From positions 1 to 61,285 of the forward strand of contig JADLCI010000006.1 of the NCBI GenBank assembly GCA_020847275.1: 61,285 bases of DNA. Direction: 5' to 3'. Below are positions 1-8,404 of the stretch, piece after piece (position 1 is the stretch's first letter; each line of letters begins with the position of its first letter). The notes under the pieces are model-generated. The model searched no databases, was not told the origin of the DNA, and saw only the letters and a program-made list of their open reading frames with translations. Position numbers and translations under genes: made by a program. The DNA comes from Candidatus Nomurabacteria bacterium (GTDB lineage Bacteria; Patescibacteriota; Minisyncoccia; Phycocordibacterales; JACOZG01).

Positions 1-54
1 CGCCAATCACTCCGCTATGCCACCGCGGTAGGACTCGCCTTGCGATCAAAATAA
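1..54 (+). CDS. pilM: type IV pilus assembly protein PilM, C-terminal fragment (partial)
   Basis: Frame 1 reads RQSLRYATAVGLALRSK*, a typical PilM C-terminus; lies directly upstream of PilN/PilO-like genes. Confidence 0.7.
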   Translation, partial: RQSLRYATAVGLALRSK

Positions 55-55
55 A

Positions 56-592
56 ATGATTAACTTACTAACCCCTGAACGTCAACAAGAACTCCTTAAA
101 GAATACCGTCATCGCCGACGTAGAGTAGCCAGCACTCTCGCTCTAATTGGTTTTGGAATAGCCTTACTCTTACTCGTGATCCTCTTCTCCCGTCTGCAAG
201 CAACCAAGAAAGAGGTGAGCGCATTGATAGCGCAGACCCCGAGTAAAGAGACGAACGATAACGATCTAGCGCTTAAGGAGGCCACCCGCACCTTAGTAAT
301 TGCACGGAATGTAAAAAAATCCTCAGCTACCGCTTGGTGGGAGGCCGTTTTTCCCAATCGGACATCTGGACTCATAATCACCGATTGGCAGTGGTTTGCC
401 GACAACACCAGTGGCCCGGCTCACGTCTCAATCGCTGGTCGCGCCAGTCAGAGACAAGCTTTAATTGATTTTGTCACCACCCTAAAACAGGATAAAATCT
501 TTAGTACTGTTGAATCACCTATTTCTAATCTTATTAAGAATCGTGATCTCGATTTCACAATCGAACTAACCATCAACCCAGATGAAAAATAG
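56..592 (+). CDS. pilN: PilN-like type IV pilus assembly protein
   Basis: MINLL start, basic patch plus one TM, C-terminal ferredoxin-like SIAGRA...F...L...F..V.SP...F.I.L motif; position in the operon. Confidence 0.75.
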   Translation: MINLLTPERQQELLKEYRHRRRRVASTLALIGFGIALLLLVILFSRLQATKKEVSALIAQTPSKETNDNDLALKEATRTLVIARNVKKSSATAWWEAVFPNRTSGLIITDWQWFADNTSGPAHVSIAGRASQRQALIDFVTTLKQDKIFSTVESPISNLIKNRDLDFTIELTINPDEK

Positions 593-1097
593 TCTTCTAA
601 TTATCAATCTTGTTGTGATCTTAACAATTGCCGCGTCTTTTTTCTTCGGTAAGCAGGAGTTTAATAAATTGAAACAAAGCTACGCCGAGCTTAATGAAAA
701 CAACCTAAGTTTAGCTTCCCAAGAACAATCGACGCGCCTTCTTGAGAAAACGGCTGCTGATCGAAAAATAATTTCCCTCGCCATTATTACCGCCGAAGAC
801 TTACCAGACTTTATTGAACAATTGGAAAATTTAGCAACCGAAACTGGCGCAGAGATCAATCTCGCGCGAGTAGACGACGCCAACGAAAACAACCCGAATA
901 TCAATCTAGATTTTGATCTTAACGGTAGCTACCAATCGCTAGCCCATTTTACCCTTCTTCTTGAGTCTCTCCCGTTCCAAATCAGAATTGACCAGATCGC
1001 CTTCAACCGCAATAGTGTGACAGAAAACAAAAAAAGTTTACCCACCTGGCGCGCCCATTTCACAATCGAATTACTTAATTCCCAAACAAAAAAATGA
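582..1097 (+). CDS. pilO: PilO-like type IV pilus assembly protein
   Basis: N-terminal TM, coiled coil, GSYQSLAHFTLLLESLPFQIRI PilO-type motif; overlaps pilN. Confidence 0.7.
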   Translation: MKNSLLIINLVVILTIAASFFFGKQEFNKLKQSYAELNENNLSLASQEQSTRLLEKTAADRKIISLAIITAEDLPDFIEQLENLATETGAEINLARVDDANENNPNINLDFDLNGSYQSLAHFTLLLESLPFQIRIDQIAFNRNSVTENKKSLPTWRAHFTIELLNSQTKK

Positions 1098-1384
1098 AAA
1101 AAATCAACTGGAAACTCAACTCTTTCAGGCCCCAACGTGACTGGCTCATCTTGCTGGTTATTACCGCACTGACAATAATCGCTATTTTCCTTATTTACTT
1201 CTACCTCAACAATCTAATCAAGACTCTACCAGAAAGCCAAACGCCGGTGGCGGACACCGCCAGTTCTACACCCAGATTAACCGCCGAGGAATTACATAAA
1301 TACGCGAATGAGATTGACGCAAGAGGAACCAAGTTCGAATCCTTACTCCAATCACCGCCCAAAATTTCTGACCCATCGATCTAG
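1094..1384 (+). CDS. small single-TM hypothetical protein closing the pil operon
   Basis: 96 aa, one TM, 4-nt overlap with pilO. Confidence 0.7.
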   Translation: MKKINWKLNSFRPQRDWLILLVITALTIIAIFLIYFYLNNLIKTLPESQTPVADTASSTPRLTAEELHKYANEIDARGTKFESLLQSPPKISDPSI

Positions 1385-1432
1385 TGATTCCTTGTGGATA
1401 TTTACAAAAACACGTGACCCCCTGCCTAATAC

Positions 1433-1461
1433 TTGACAGAGTTAACATAATGTGATAACCT
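1433..1461 (+). promoter_or_regulatory. sigma70-type promoter of an accessory two-gene cassette
   Basis: TTGACA(1433-38)-17 nt-TAACCT(1456-61) with extended TG. Confidence 0.7.
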
Positions 1462-1542
1462 GCCACAGTTCTTAGTCGTATGACTAGGATAGGGTGTATA
1501 CGTTCCCCCACTAACGTATGAGTACATTGAAAGGAGTGTCGT

Positions 1543-2052
1543 ATGACACGCGAGAATGAAGAATTCCTAGTCGATGGCGGGCCGTCGAAGCTCGATCTCA
1601 TGCTTTCTCTGTTCGACACAGATATGGGAATGCGGACGCTGAAGTTTCACACGCCTCAATGGGTTCACACCCACAATACGTATGAACTCACTGTTCAGAT
1701 TACTTCGGCTCGTCGGCGTAATCCGGCGGCGACCCTATGGGAAATCGAGGGAATCGTGGAGACCCCGAGGTACTACAAGCAAGAAAATGTCCGAGTCTCC
1801 ATCTACTACCTCTCGGACATCCGAGAAGGTCGCGCGAGATTTGAGGAAGGATCCCAAACGCACGGTATCATGGAGACTCCGGATGACGCGAGTCGAGCGA
1901 GGGCGCTCATGATTATCATCGGTAGGATGGTGGCCATCGCCCAGAATCACGGGGACTTGCCAGAGGAATTCTACGAACAGTTCGAAAAGGCAAAACCCAT
2001 CAGTTGGGCCAAGGATCACAAATCTTTGACTGAAGCGATCAAAAACATCTGA
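1543..2052 (+). CDS. hypothetical protein (GPSKLDLMLSLFD motif)
   Basis: 169 aa ORF, SD AAAGGAG upstream of ATG; no family recognised with certainty. Confidence 0.8.
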   Translation: MTRENEEFLVDGGPSKLDLMLSLFDTDMGMRTLKFHTPQWVHTHNTYELTVQITSARRRNPAATLWEIEGIVETPRYYKQENVRVSIYYLSDIREGRARFEEGSQTHGIMETPDDASRARALMIIIGRMVAIAQNHGDLPEEFYEQFEKAKPISWAKDHKSLTEAIKNI

Positions 2053-2064
2053 AAGGATGACGTC

Positions 2065-2289
2065 ATGAACAAATCACGCGGCAAGTGGTATATCTCCTTC
2101 ACATGGCACAATGACTTCGAGCCTCGCGGTGGAACCACAGAGCACGAAGAAATTCCGCTCGAAGCAACCACTAAAAATGCCGCGATTGCTGAAGCACATG
2201 CGGTTGTGTCTTCGGGTAAGAACATCAAAACGTCATGCGGCGAAATGCCCGTTCCCAAAGACTACAACGTGATTTACAAAACACGGTGA
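2065..2289 (+). CDS. hypothetical protein
   Basis: 74 aa, SD AAAGGA, followed by a terminator. Confidence 0.7.
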   Translation: MNKSRGKWYISFTWHNDFEPRGGTTEHEEIPLEATTKNAAIAEAHAVVSSGKNIKTSCGEMPVPKDYNVIYKTR

Positions 2290-2308
2290 GTCGGAAGGAG
2301 CTCCGAAC

Positions 2309-2348
2309 AGGGCGACCAAGGCAATAGCCAAGGTCGCCCTTTCTTTTT
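2309..2348 (+). terminator. intrinsic terminator
   Basis: AGGGCGACC...GGTCGCCCT stem followed by a T-rich run. Confidence 0.8.
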
Positions 2349-2369
2349 GTCTAAATTATTACCAGTCTG

Positions 2370-2441
2370 TGCCCTCGGCAGGAATCGAACCTACATATCC
2401 GGCTTAGAAGTCCGGAGTTCTATCCATTGAACTACGAGGGC
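2370..2441 (-). tRNA. tRNA-Arg(TCT)
   Basis: Cloverleaf GCCCTCG/CGAGGGC, anticodon loop CT-TCT-AA, GTTCGATT T-loop; CCA not encoded. Confidence 0.93.
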
Positions 2442-2445
2442 ATTG

Positions 2446-2517
2446 TGGGCGATAAGGGATTTGAACCCCTGACCTTCGCTGTGTAAAAGCGCTGCTCTAC
2501 CACTGAGCTAATCGCCC
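2446..2517 (-). tRNA. tRNA-Val(TAC)
   Basis: GGGCGAT/ATCGCCC acceptor stem, loop TT-TAC-AC. Confidence 0.95.
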
Positions 2518-2545
2518 GCACTCCTTACTATGCTATGATGACGAC

Positions 2546-3193
2546 GTGAAAATAGCAATGATTTACGAGGATAAAAACATTTTGATTGTAAACAAACCGG
2601 CTGGTTTGGAGGTATATGACCTGGAGACAGAGTTGAAGAAAAAATATCGCAAAATTCAACTTGCACACCGACTGGACAAAGATACAAGTGGGCTAATCAT
2701 TCTGGCGAAAAATGAGAAAACCTATGAATGGATCAAAGAACAGTTTAAGGAACGAAGAGTGAAAAAAACTTACCGCGCCATCGCAAGCGGTGTACTTAAA
2801 CCAGAGTCCGGGAGGCCAACAGGCACGGTAAGCGCACCTATCGGTCGTCACCCTCGCGACGCCAGGAAGAGAGTCGCGGGCGGTCAAGCTACGGGCGAGA
2901 AGCGCGAAGCCATCACCCATTACCAGATTCTGGAAAATTTTAAAAACCACACTTACCTCGAGGTGCGGCCCCAGACTGGGCGAACGCACCAGATTCGCGT
3001 TCATCTGCAGCATCTTGGTTATCCGATTCTTGGTGACAAGCTCTACGCCCCCGCTCGAAAGGGTGATACCCCCACCAAACGCCAAATGCTTCACGCCCAT
3101 AAATTAAGATTCGTTTTACCAGACGGTGGAGAAAAAGAATTTACCGCTCCTCTCCCCGGCGACTTCAAGAAAGCGCTTGCCGAATTGGGGTGA
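2546..3193 (+). CDS. rluA: RluA-family pseudouridine synthase
   Basis: HRLDKDTSG catalytic motif, NKPAG and TGRTHQIRVH motifs. Confidence 0.92.
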   Translation: MKIAMIYEDKNILIVNKPAGLEVYDLETELKKKYRKIQLAHRLDKDTSGLIILAKNEKTYEWIKEQFKERRVKKTYRAIASGVLKPESGRPTGTVSAPIGRHPRDARKRVAGGQATGEKREAITHYQILENFKNHTYLEVRPQTGRTHQIRVHLQHLGYPILGDKLYAPARKGDTPTKRQMLHAHKLRFVLPDGGEKEFTAPLPGDFKKALAELG

Positions 3194-3214
3194 CCGTGCT
3201 AGATTGTAACCCTA

Positions 3215-3604
3215 ATGATTAACGAAAAAAGAGCAAAACTAGATCTCCGTTCAGGCTATACCGTTCGTGTCTGGCAAAAGATTCAGGAAAAGGGAAAAAC
3301 TCGCTTACAGGCTTTCGAGGGTCTAATCCTTTCTCGCAAACACGGCCAGGAGCCGGGGGCAACATTCACCGTGCGTCGCGTCGTGGGTGGCATTGGCGTA
3401 GAGAAAGTCTTCCCACTCTATTCACCGAATATTGATCGAATTGAGGTTGTGAAAAAAGCTCGCGTTCGTCGATCTAAACTCTATTACGTACGCGAGAAAG
3501 CGGCCAAGGAAATCCGCCGTCAAATGCGCAACTATGTGATCGTCAAGCCAGAAGAGGCGGTAAAGAAAGAGGCACCAACGGAAGAAACAGTCGTTGCGGC
3601 TTAA
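3215..3604 (+). CDS. rplS: 50S ribosomal protein L19
   Basis: RLQAFEG, TFTVRR, GVEKVFP, VRRSKLYY motifs. Confidence 0.97.
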   Translation: MINEKRAKLDLRSGYTVRVWQKIQEKGKTRLQAFEGLILSRKHGQEPGATFTVRRVVGGIGVEKVFPLYSPNIDRIEVVKKARVRRSKLYYVREKAAKEIRRQMRNYVIVKPEEAVKKEAPTEETVVAA

Positions 3605-3623
3605 TTTGTTATAATTGAAACCT

Positions 3624-3707
3624 GCGCGGGTGGCGAAACTGGCAGACGCACTACCTTGAGGTGGTAGCGCCCGCAAGGGCATGGAGGTTCAAATCCTCTC
3701 CCGCGCA
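3624..3707 (+). tRNA. tRNA-Leu(GAG)
   Basis: GCGCGGG/CCCGCGC acceptor, loop TT-GAG-GT, long variable arm GCCC-GCAA-GGGC. Confidence 0.96.
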
Positions 3708-3797
3708 CACTTGACTTTTCTTGTTTTTCTGATAGTTATATCAATAGTCAGATCATTGTGATTTTGGCAAAAATTACCCTTCCTCAAGGAGATTCCA

Positions 3798-4331
3798 GTG
3801 TCTGCATGGGAAATTGTATGGCCGTGTGTCGGTATTCTTGTAATTGGCTTGGTTTCCGGCTTCTACATCGGGCAATTCTGCAGAAACAAGATCCCAATCA
3901 TTGATTGGGGCCACCGATGCTTTGTCGTTCCAAACGAGCGTGCCACCAAGGTACTGCTCGCCCTACTAAAGCCGCTTGGGCTAAGGGAGAACTTTACTTT
4001 CTCTCCTGGAAAAACTAACCAGACGGTCCTCAATGACGGCACCACAGTTTTTGTCTGGTTTGATGAATCAGTGCCAATTGAGCTACAGAAGAAGAACGGT
4101 ATATCGATCGTAACGAAAAATCCACAAGCAGAGGCTCTGAGGTGGGGTAAAGAACTTCAAGCGCGCGGTTATTGCTGCGTCATTCGAGACGATGTCTTTC
4201 CTCCAAAATGGAGCAACAAGGTTGTGGTTCTGGAAACCAACGCGCTCGTCAATTCCGTGATTGTCTTTCGTCGTCATTCTCTCGACATGGGTGGGAGGCC
4301 GGGTCTACGAAAAATCACGTCCGAGTGGTAA
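3798..4331 (+). CDS. membrane-anchored hypothetical protein
   Basis: 177 aa, SD AAGGAG 6 nt before GTG, N-terminal TM, own terminator. Confidence 0.75.
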   Translation: MSAWEIVWPCVGILVIGLVSGFYIGQFCRNKIPIIDWGHRCFVVPNERATKVLLALLKPLGLRENFTFSPGKTNQTVLNDGTTVFVWFDESVPIELQKKNGISIVTKNPQAEALRWGKELQARGYCCVIRDDVFPPKWSNKVVVLETNALVNSVIVFRRHSLDMGGRPGLRKITSEW

Positions 4332-4340
4332 TTCACGAAC

Positions 4341-4370
4341 AACCCCCCAACACGATTGTGTTGGGGGGTT
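4341..4370. terminator. bidirectional intrinsic terminator
   Basis: Perfect 13-bp hairpin AACCCCCCAACAC-GATT-GTGTTGGGGGGTT between convergent genes. Confidence 0.85.
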
Positions 4371-4391
4371 AATTTTGCTCGAAAGTAGAAG

Positions 4392-4634
4392 TTACTTGGC
4401 AACCCTCAACAACCTCGCCAATCTTGCTTTCTTTCTCGCGGCGTTGCTCTTCTTAATTATCCCCCGCTTCATTGCCTTATCAATTGCTTGGTATGCGGCA
4501 GGAAGGAGCTTATCCGACGGAGCTTTGATAAAAATCTTCACCGCATCACGCATCGTCTTCTGGCGACGGAGATTGAACACGCGCTTGCGCGCCGAACTAC
4601 GAATTGCCTTCTTGGCTGACTTGATGATTGCCAT
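4392..4634 (-). CDS. rpsT: 30S ribosomal protein S20
   Basis: MAIIKSAKKAIR...IDKAMKRGIIKKSNAARKKARL. Confidence 0.97.
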   Translation of the reverse strand: MAIIKSAKKAIRSSARKRVFNLRRQKTMRDAVKIFIKAPSDKLLPAAYQAIDKAMKRGIIKKSNAARKKARLARLLRVAK

Positions 4635-4701
4635 AATCTAGTTGAGTAAGGCAAGTATAGACGAAATGGGAAAAAAGGCAAATTTTTGCTATATTGACGG
4701 G

Positions 4702-5274
4702 ATGATTGGGCAACTGACTGGGCAAGTGTCACACAGGGGCGACCGGTTTGTGATTCTGGAAGTGGCCGGTGTAGGCTACCACGTTAATCTTTCCTCAGAA
4801 ACACTGAAGCGGGTGGAAAAAGAACAAAGCGGTGTTAAATTCTGGACTTATTTAGCGGTTAGGGAAAACGCTTTGGATCTATATGGTTTTCTCGAACGGC
4901 GGGAGTTGGAATTTTTTGAGCTGTTGATTTCCGTCTCAGGAATTGGTCCGAAAAGTGCAATCACCATCCTCTCTCTCGCCCCGCCAGAAACTTTAGAAAA
5001 AGCGATTACCTCCGGCGATGCCGGTTACCTGACGAAGGTTTCTGGGATCGGCAAGAAAAGTGCAGAGAAAATTGTGTTGGAGTTGAAAGATAAGTTGGGC
5101 AGTATCGCGGGTTTAAGCGACTCTGAACTACGCGGTGAAAGCGAGGCAATCGAAGCCCTCCAAGCTCTTGGTTACTCGCTTCGAGAAGCGCGTGAGGCAT
5201 TAAAAAATGTCCCCGACACTATTATTGACACCGGTGAGAAAGTAAAACAAGCCCTGAAAAAATTGGGTAAATAA
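4702..5274 (+). CDS. ruvA: Holliday junction branch migration protein RuvA
   Basis: MIGQLTG start (ATG 4702), GVGYHV, VSGIGPKSA and VSGIGKKSAEKIVLEL HhH motifs. Confidence 0.96.
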   Translation: MIGQLTGQVSHRGDRFVILEVAGVGYHVNLSSETLKRVEKEQSGVKFWTYLAVRENALDLYGFLERRELEFFELLISVSGIGPKSAITILSLAPPETLEKAITSGDAGYLTKVSGIGKKSAEKIVLELKDKLGSIAGLSDSELRGESEAIEALQALGYSLREAREALKNVPDTIIDTGEKVKQALKKLGK

Positions 5275-6471
5275 ATGTTCGAAAAATTAAAAAAAATTTA
5301 CCACTACAGTCTCGCGCTCGCCGGAGCGCTTATTTATCAATTTCCATCACGGAAAATTAAGGTGATCGCCGTAACCGGAACAAAAGGAAAAACTAGTACA
5401 GTAGAAATTATCAACGCCATCCTAGAAGAAGCCGGCTATCAGACGGTAATTTCTTCCACCTTACGTTTTAAGGTTGGTGAAGAATCCGTAAATAATCGAC
5501 GGAAGATGACGATGCCCGGACGTTTATTCTTACAGAAGATACTGCGTCGCGGTGTGAACGCTGGTTGTGACTATGCAGTTGTTGAGATGACAAGCGAGGG
5601 GGCCAAGCAATTTCGACATAAGTTTATCGAGCTAGATGCCCTTGTGTTCACAAACATCGCCCCAGAGCACATCGAGTCTCACGGTTCTTATGAAAACTAC
5701 CTAAAGGCTAAGTTGGCAATAGCCCACCAACTATCTCGATCAAAAAAATCCCCCCGATTTATCGTCGTCAACGGGGACGACAAAGAACATACGAAATTCC
5801 TCCAAGCCGCAGGTAAAGATGCCCAGAAAGTTGTGTATAAACTAAGTGACAACGAAACGCTAAAGCTGCACACCAGACTGCCCGGAGAATTCAACCTTTA
5901 TAATGTTCTAGCTGCCGCCCGCTTGGCAGAGACACAGGGTGTGGGACCAGAAATCATCCAAGAGACTCTAAATAATTTCGCTGGGATTCGTGGTCGAATG
6001 GAACCGGTCGGGCGACAGGAATTTGATGTCATTGTTGATTATGCCCACACGCCGGATTCACTTCGTGCGGCCTACAAGGCACTGAACAACAAAAGAAAAA
6101 TCTGCGTCCTCGGTGGCACTGGTGGTGGCCGCGACCATTGGAAGCGGCCACTGATGGGCCAGATCGCTAGCGAAAATTGTGACCGAATCTTTCTGACCGA
6201 TGAGGATCCCTACGACGAAAACCCAGAGGAAATCGTGAAACAGGTTGCCTCGGGCATCAAGTCAAATAATTACAAAGTAATAATGGACCGTCGTGAAGCA
6301 ATTCGTGAAGCGGTGAGAATTGCCCAACCAGGTGACGTGATAATTATCACTGGTAAAGGCACCGACCCCTACATTATGGGCGCAAATGGTAAAAAAACAC
6401 CGTGGGATGACGCCACGGTCGCCCACGAAGAACTTGAAAAATTAAGAGATGCCCGAACTACCAGAAGTTGA
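5275..6471 (+). CDS. murE: Mur ligase, MurE-like
   Basis: VTGTKGKTST P-loop, EMTSEG, FTNIAPEHI, VDYAHTPDS, DEDPYDE motifs. Confidence 0.85.
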   Translation: MFEKLKKIYHYSLALAGALIYQFPSRKIKVIAVTGTKGKTSTVEIINAILEEAGYQTVISSTLRFKVGEESVNNRRKMTMPGRLFLQKILRRGVNAGCDYAVVEMTSEGAKQFRHKFIELDALVFTNIAPEHIESHGSYENYLKAKLAIAHQLSRSKKSPRFIVVNGDDKEHTKFLQAAGKDAQKVVYKLSDNETLKLHTRLPGEFNLYNVLAAARLAETQGVGPEIIQETLNNFAGIRGRMEPVGRQEFDVIVDYAHTPDSLRAAYKALNNKRKICVLGGTGGGRDHWKRPLMGQIASENCDRIFLTDEDPYDENPEEIVKQVASGIKSNNYKVIMDRREAIREAVRIAQPGDVIIITGKGTDPYIMGANGKKTPWDDATVAHEELEKLRDARTTRS

Positions 6472-7261
6472 GACGCTTAGACGCGAGCTCGCGATAATTG
6501 CCGGCAAGAGAATCAAGTCGACAACTGTCTTTTCTCGTCAATTAGAGAACAAAAAAATACTCGGCCTAGACCGGCGGGCCAAGATATTGATTATTACTCT
6601 TTCTGATAAACGAAAGCTGCTTATCCATCTCAAGATGACTGGTCAACTTATTTTTGTCCCCAAGAAGGGCCAAGTCATACTTGGTGGCCACCCACAGGAA
6701 AACCCATTCAAATATACTCGCGCTATTTTTGAATTCACCGATAAATCAAAGCTGTATTTCAACGATTTACGTAAATTTGGTTGGATAAAATTGCTAAATG
6801 AATCGGAAACAGAAAACATTTTAAACAAACATGGCGTAGAGCCACTTAGCAGAGACTTCACCCTATCGCACTTCCAAAGTTTACTGAAAAAGTATCCGAA
6901 TCGGAAAATAAAGCAATTCCTCCTAGACCAGAGTCTCATCGCTGGTTTGGGAAATATCTACGTGGATGAAAGTTGTTTCTCGGCCAAAATTCTTCCAACC
7001 AGAATTGTCAAAAGTTTAACTCCAGTGGAACGAAAAAACCTACACTCCGGAATCGTAAAGATCCTTAAGCTTTCCGTTAGTAAAAAGGGAACTTCGGCAA
7101 AAAATTACGTACGAAGCGACGGAACCAAGGGCGGTTTCGTCCCCTATCTCAAAGTTTACGGCCGAAAAGGTGAAGGGTGTAAGCGCTGTAAGAAAACGGC
7201 AATCACAAAAATAAAACTTGCTGGCAGGGGCACGCATTTCTGCAAGAATTGCCAGAAATAA
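6449..7261 (+). CDS. mutM: formamidopyrimidine-DNA glycosylase
   Basis: MPELPEVE N-terminus, HLKMTG, GLGNIYVDE, C-terminal CxxC...CxxC zinc finger. Confidence 0.97.
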   Translation: MPELPEVETLRRELAIIAGKRIKSTTVFSRQLENKKILGLDRRAKILIITLSDKRKLLIHLKMTGQLIFVPKKGQVILGGHPQENPFKYTRAIFEFTDKSKLYFNDLRKFGWIKLLNESETENILNKHGVEPLSRDFTLSHFQSLLKKYPNRKIKQFLLDQSLIAGLGNIYVDESCFSAKILPTRIVKSLTPVERKNLHSGIVKILKLSVSKKGTSAKNYVRSDGTKGGFVPYLKVYGRKGEGCKRCKKTAITKIKLAGRGTHFCKNCQK

Positions 7262-7285
7262 AAAAGCTGGGGATTTCTCCCCAGC
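7260..7285 (-). terminator. intrinsic terminator of the candidate sRNA
   Basis: On minus: GCTGGGGA-GAAA-TCCCCAGC followed by TTTTTT. Confidence 0.8.
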
Positions 7286-7395
7286 CGATTGAGTCTGTTT
7301 GGACACTCACTGTCAACCCGCAACTGAGCGCATGCTCCGAAGAACACGATTGAATAGTTGTGTGACTCGGTTGTCCAAAGTTCACTCCATCTGTC
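7261..7395 (-). ncRNA. candidate ~135-nt structured sRNA (irregular rod with cUUCGg apex)
   Basis: Own promoter and terminator; stems TTTGGACA/TGTCCAAA, CAACT/AGTTG and CGTGTTC-TTCG-GAGCATG; no credible ORF. Confidence 0.65.
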
Positions 7396-7399
7396 CACA

Positions 7400-7427
7400 A
7401 GGATAACAAACTCACAGAAATTGTCAA
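7400..7427 (-). promoter_or_regulatory. sigma70-type promoter of the sRNA
   Basis: On minus: TTGACA-16 nt-TATCCT with extended TG. Confidence 0.7.
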
Positions 7428-7505
7428 GGGATTTTATTGTTTTGCGGTTTCTCATGCCAAAAAAGCTATGTTTAGAGCCATGTTCTTGGGTCGTATGTAA
7501 AATGA

Positions 7506-7976
7506 CTAAACGTTTAGAAGTCTGAAAATCGCAATCCCTGCCGCCACGCCCACGTTCAACGACTCTTTCTCTCCCCTCATCGGAATCTCAATAACATGGT
7601 CACAAAGTTGGATAATTTCTGGATCAACCCCGCCAACTTCGTTGCCGAGAATCAGAGCAATATCACCATCAAATTTTGCCTTCCTGTAATCAACCGCTCT
7701 CCTGTCTTGTTCCAGCGCGACAATCTCAAAATTTTCTTTTTTCAGTTTTGAAATTAGGGTTTCCAAATTATCAAACTTTCTCCATTCCATAATTTTCTCT
7801 GCGCCCAGTGCCGTTTTGGCAATTTCTTTATTTACCCGCTCAAACTTATCTTTAGGCATTGGTGTATAGCCAGTGAGATAAACCTTCTTAAGCCCCGCCC
7901 CTTCCGCGGTTCGGAAAATCGAACCCACATTGTGAGCACTTCGAATATTGTGTAAAATGAGAACAATGTTAAGCAT
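7506..7976 (-). CDS. TrmH/SpoU-family RNA 2'-O-methyltransferase
   Basis: LHNIRSAHNVGSIFRTA, LGNEVGG, IPMRGEKESLNV motifs; start taken at ATG 7976. Confidence 0.92.
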   Translation of the reverse strand: MLNIVLILHNIRSAHNVGSIFRTAEGAGLKKVYLTGYTPMPKDKFERVNKEIAKTALGAEKIMEWRKFDNLETLISKLKKENFEIVALEQDRRAVDYRKAKFDGDIALILGNEVGGVDPEIIQLCDHVIEIPMRGEKESLNVGVAAGIAIFRLLNV

Positions 7977-8298
7977 ATTTCCTGCTCTGTTAACTGGTAG
8001 TCTGGCGGCTCCCACTATCTTGCGTCTAGTGGCCAGTCTAATTCTTATCCAGCACGGCCATCAGTCGACCCAAATGAACGAGGGAAAACGCCGTTGGGCT
8101 GGCGCAATCGAAATAGCGCTCGCCTTTTTGCTTCTCATTGGTCTCTTTACCCAACCCGTCGCGCTTGTTCTCGCTATTCTAATTACAGCAAGACCAGATA
8201 AACAAATCCTCGTCACCGCCCGCCTTTTGATGATTACCGTTTTACTCTCACTGGTTTTAACCGGCCCAGGCCTCTTTGCCTTTGATCTACCCCTCTAG
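7966..8298 (+). CDS. DoxX-family membrane protein
   Basis: MLSIFP...LRL...HG, IEIALAFLLLIGLFTQ, TGPGLFAFD motifs. Confidence 0.8.
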   Translation: MLSIFPALLTGSLAAPTILRLVASLILIQHGHQSTQMNEGKRRWAGAIEIALAFLLLIGLFTQPVALVLAILITARPDKQILVTARLLMITVLLSLVLTGPGLFAFDLPL

Positions 8299-8314
8299 CT
8301 TTTTAAAAAGCATG

Positions 8315-8387
8315 TGCTCCGTGCAGGAATCGAACCTGCGACCGTTTGCTTAAAAGGCAACTGCTCTACCAACTGAGCTAACGGAGC
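8315..8387 (-). tRNA. tRNA-Lys(TTT)
   Basis: GCTCCGT/ACGGAGC acceptor, loop CT-TTT-AA. Confidence 0.95.
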
Positions 8388-8404
8388 AACAGGGCTTACT
8401 ATAC

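Noticed and set aside
3711-3750. TTGACT-N29-AGTCA inverted motif, also seen at 15813-15853
   Set aside because: Only two instances; the spacing is not kept at other cassette promoters, and the -10 at 3734 is poor.
4642-4701. Track N-terminal extensions of ruvA, trmH (to 8015), cca (to 54233), rpsO (to 51560) and PEP-CTERM (to 19612)
   Set aside because: They overlap promoters, tRNAs or neighbouring genes, and family-typical N-termini begin at the downstream starts used.
7203-7427. 74-aa and 99-aa minus-strand ORFs over the 7.3-kb sRNA, and the 78-aa ORF 11810-12046
   Set aside because: Their starts lie in or upstream of the promoter or read through terminators, or are on the strand opposite the structured RNA.
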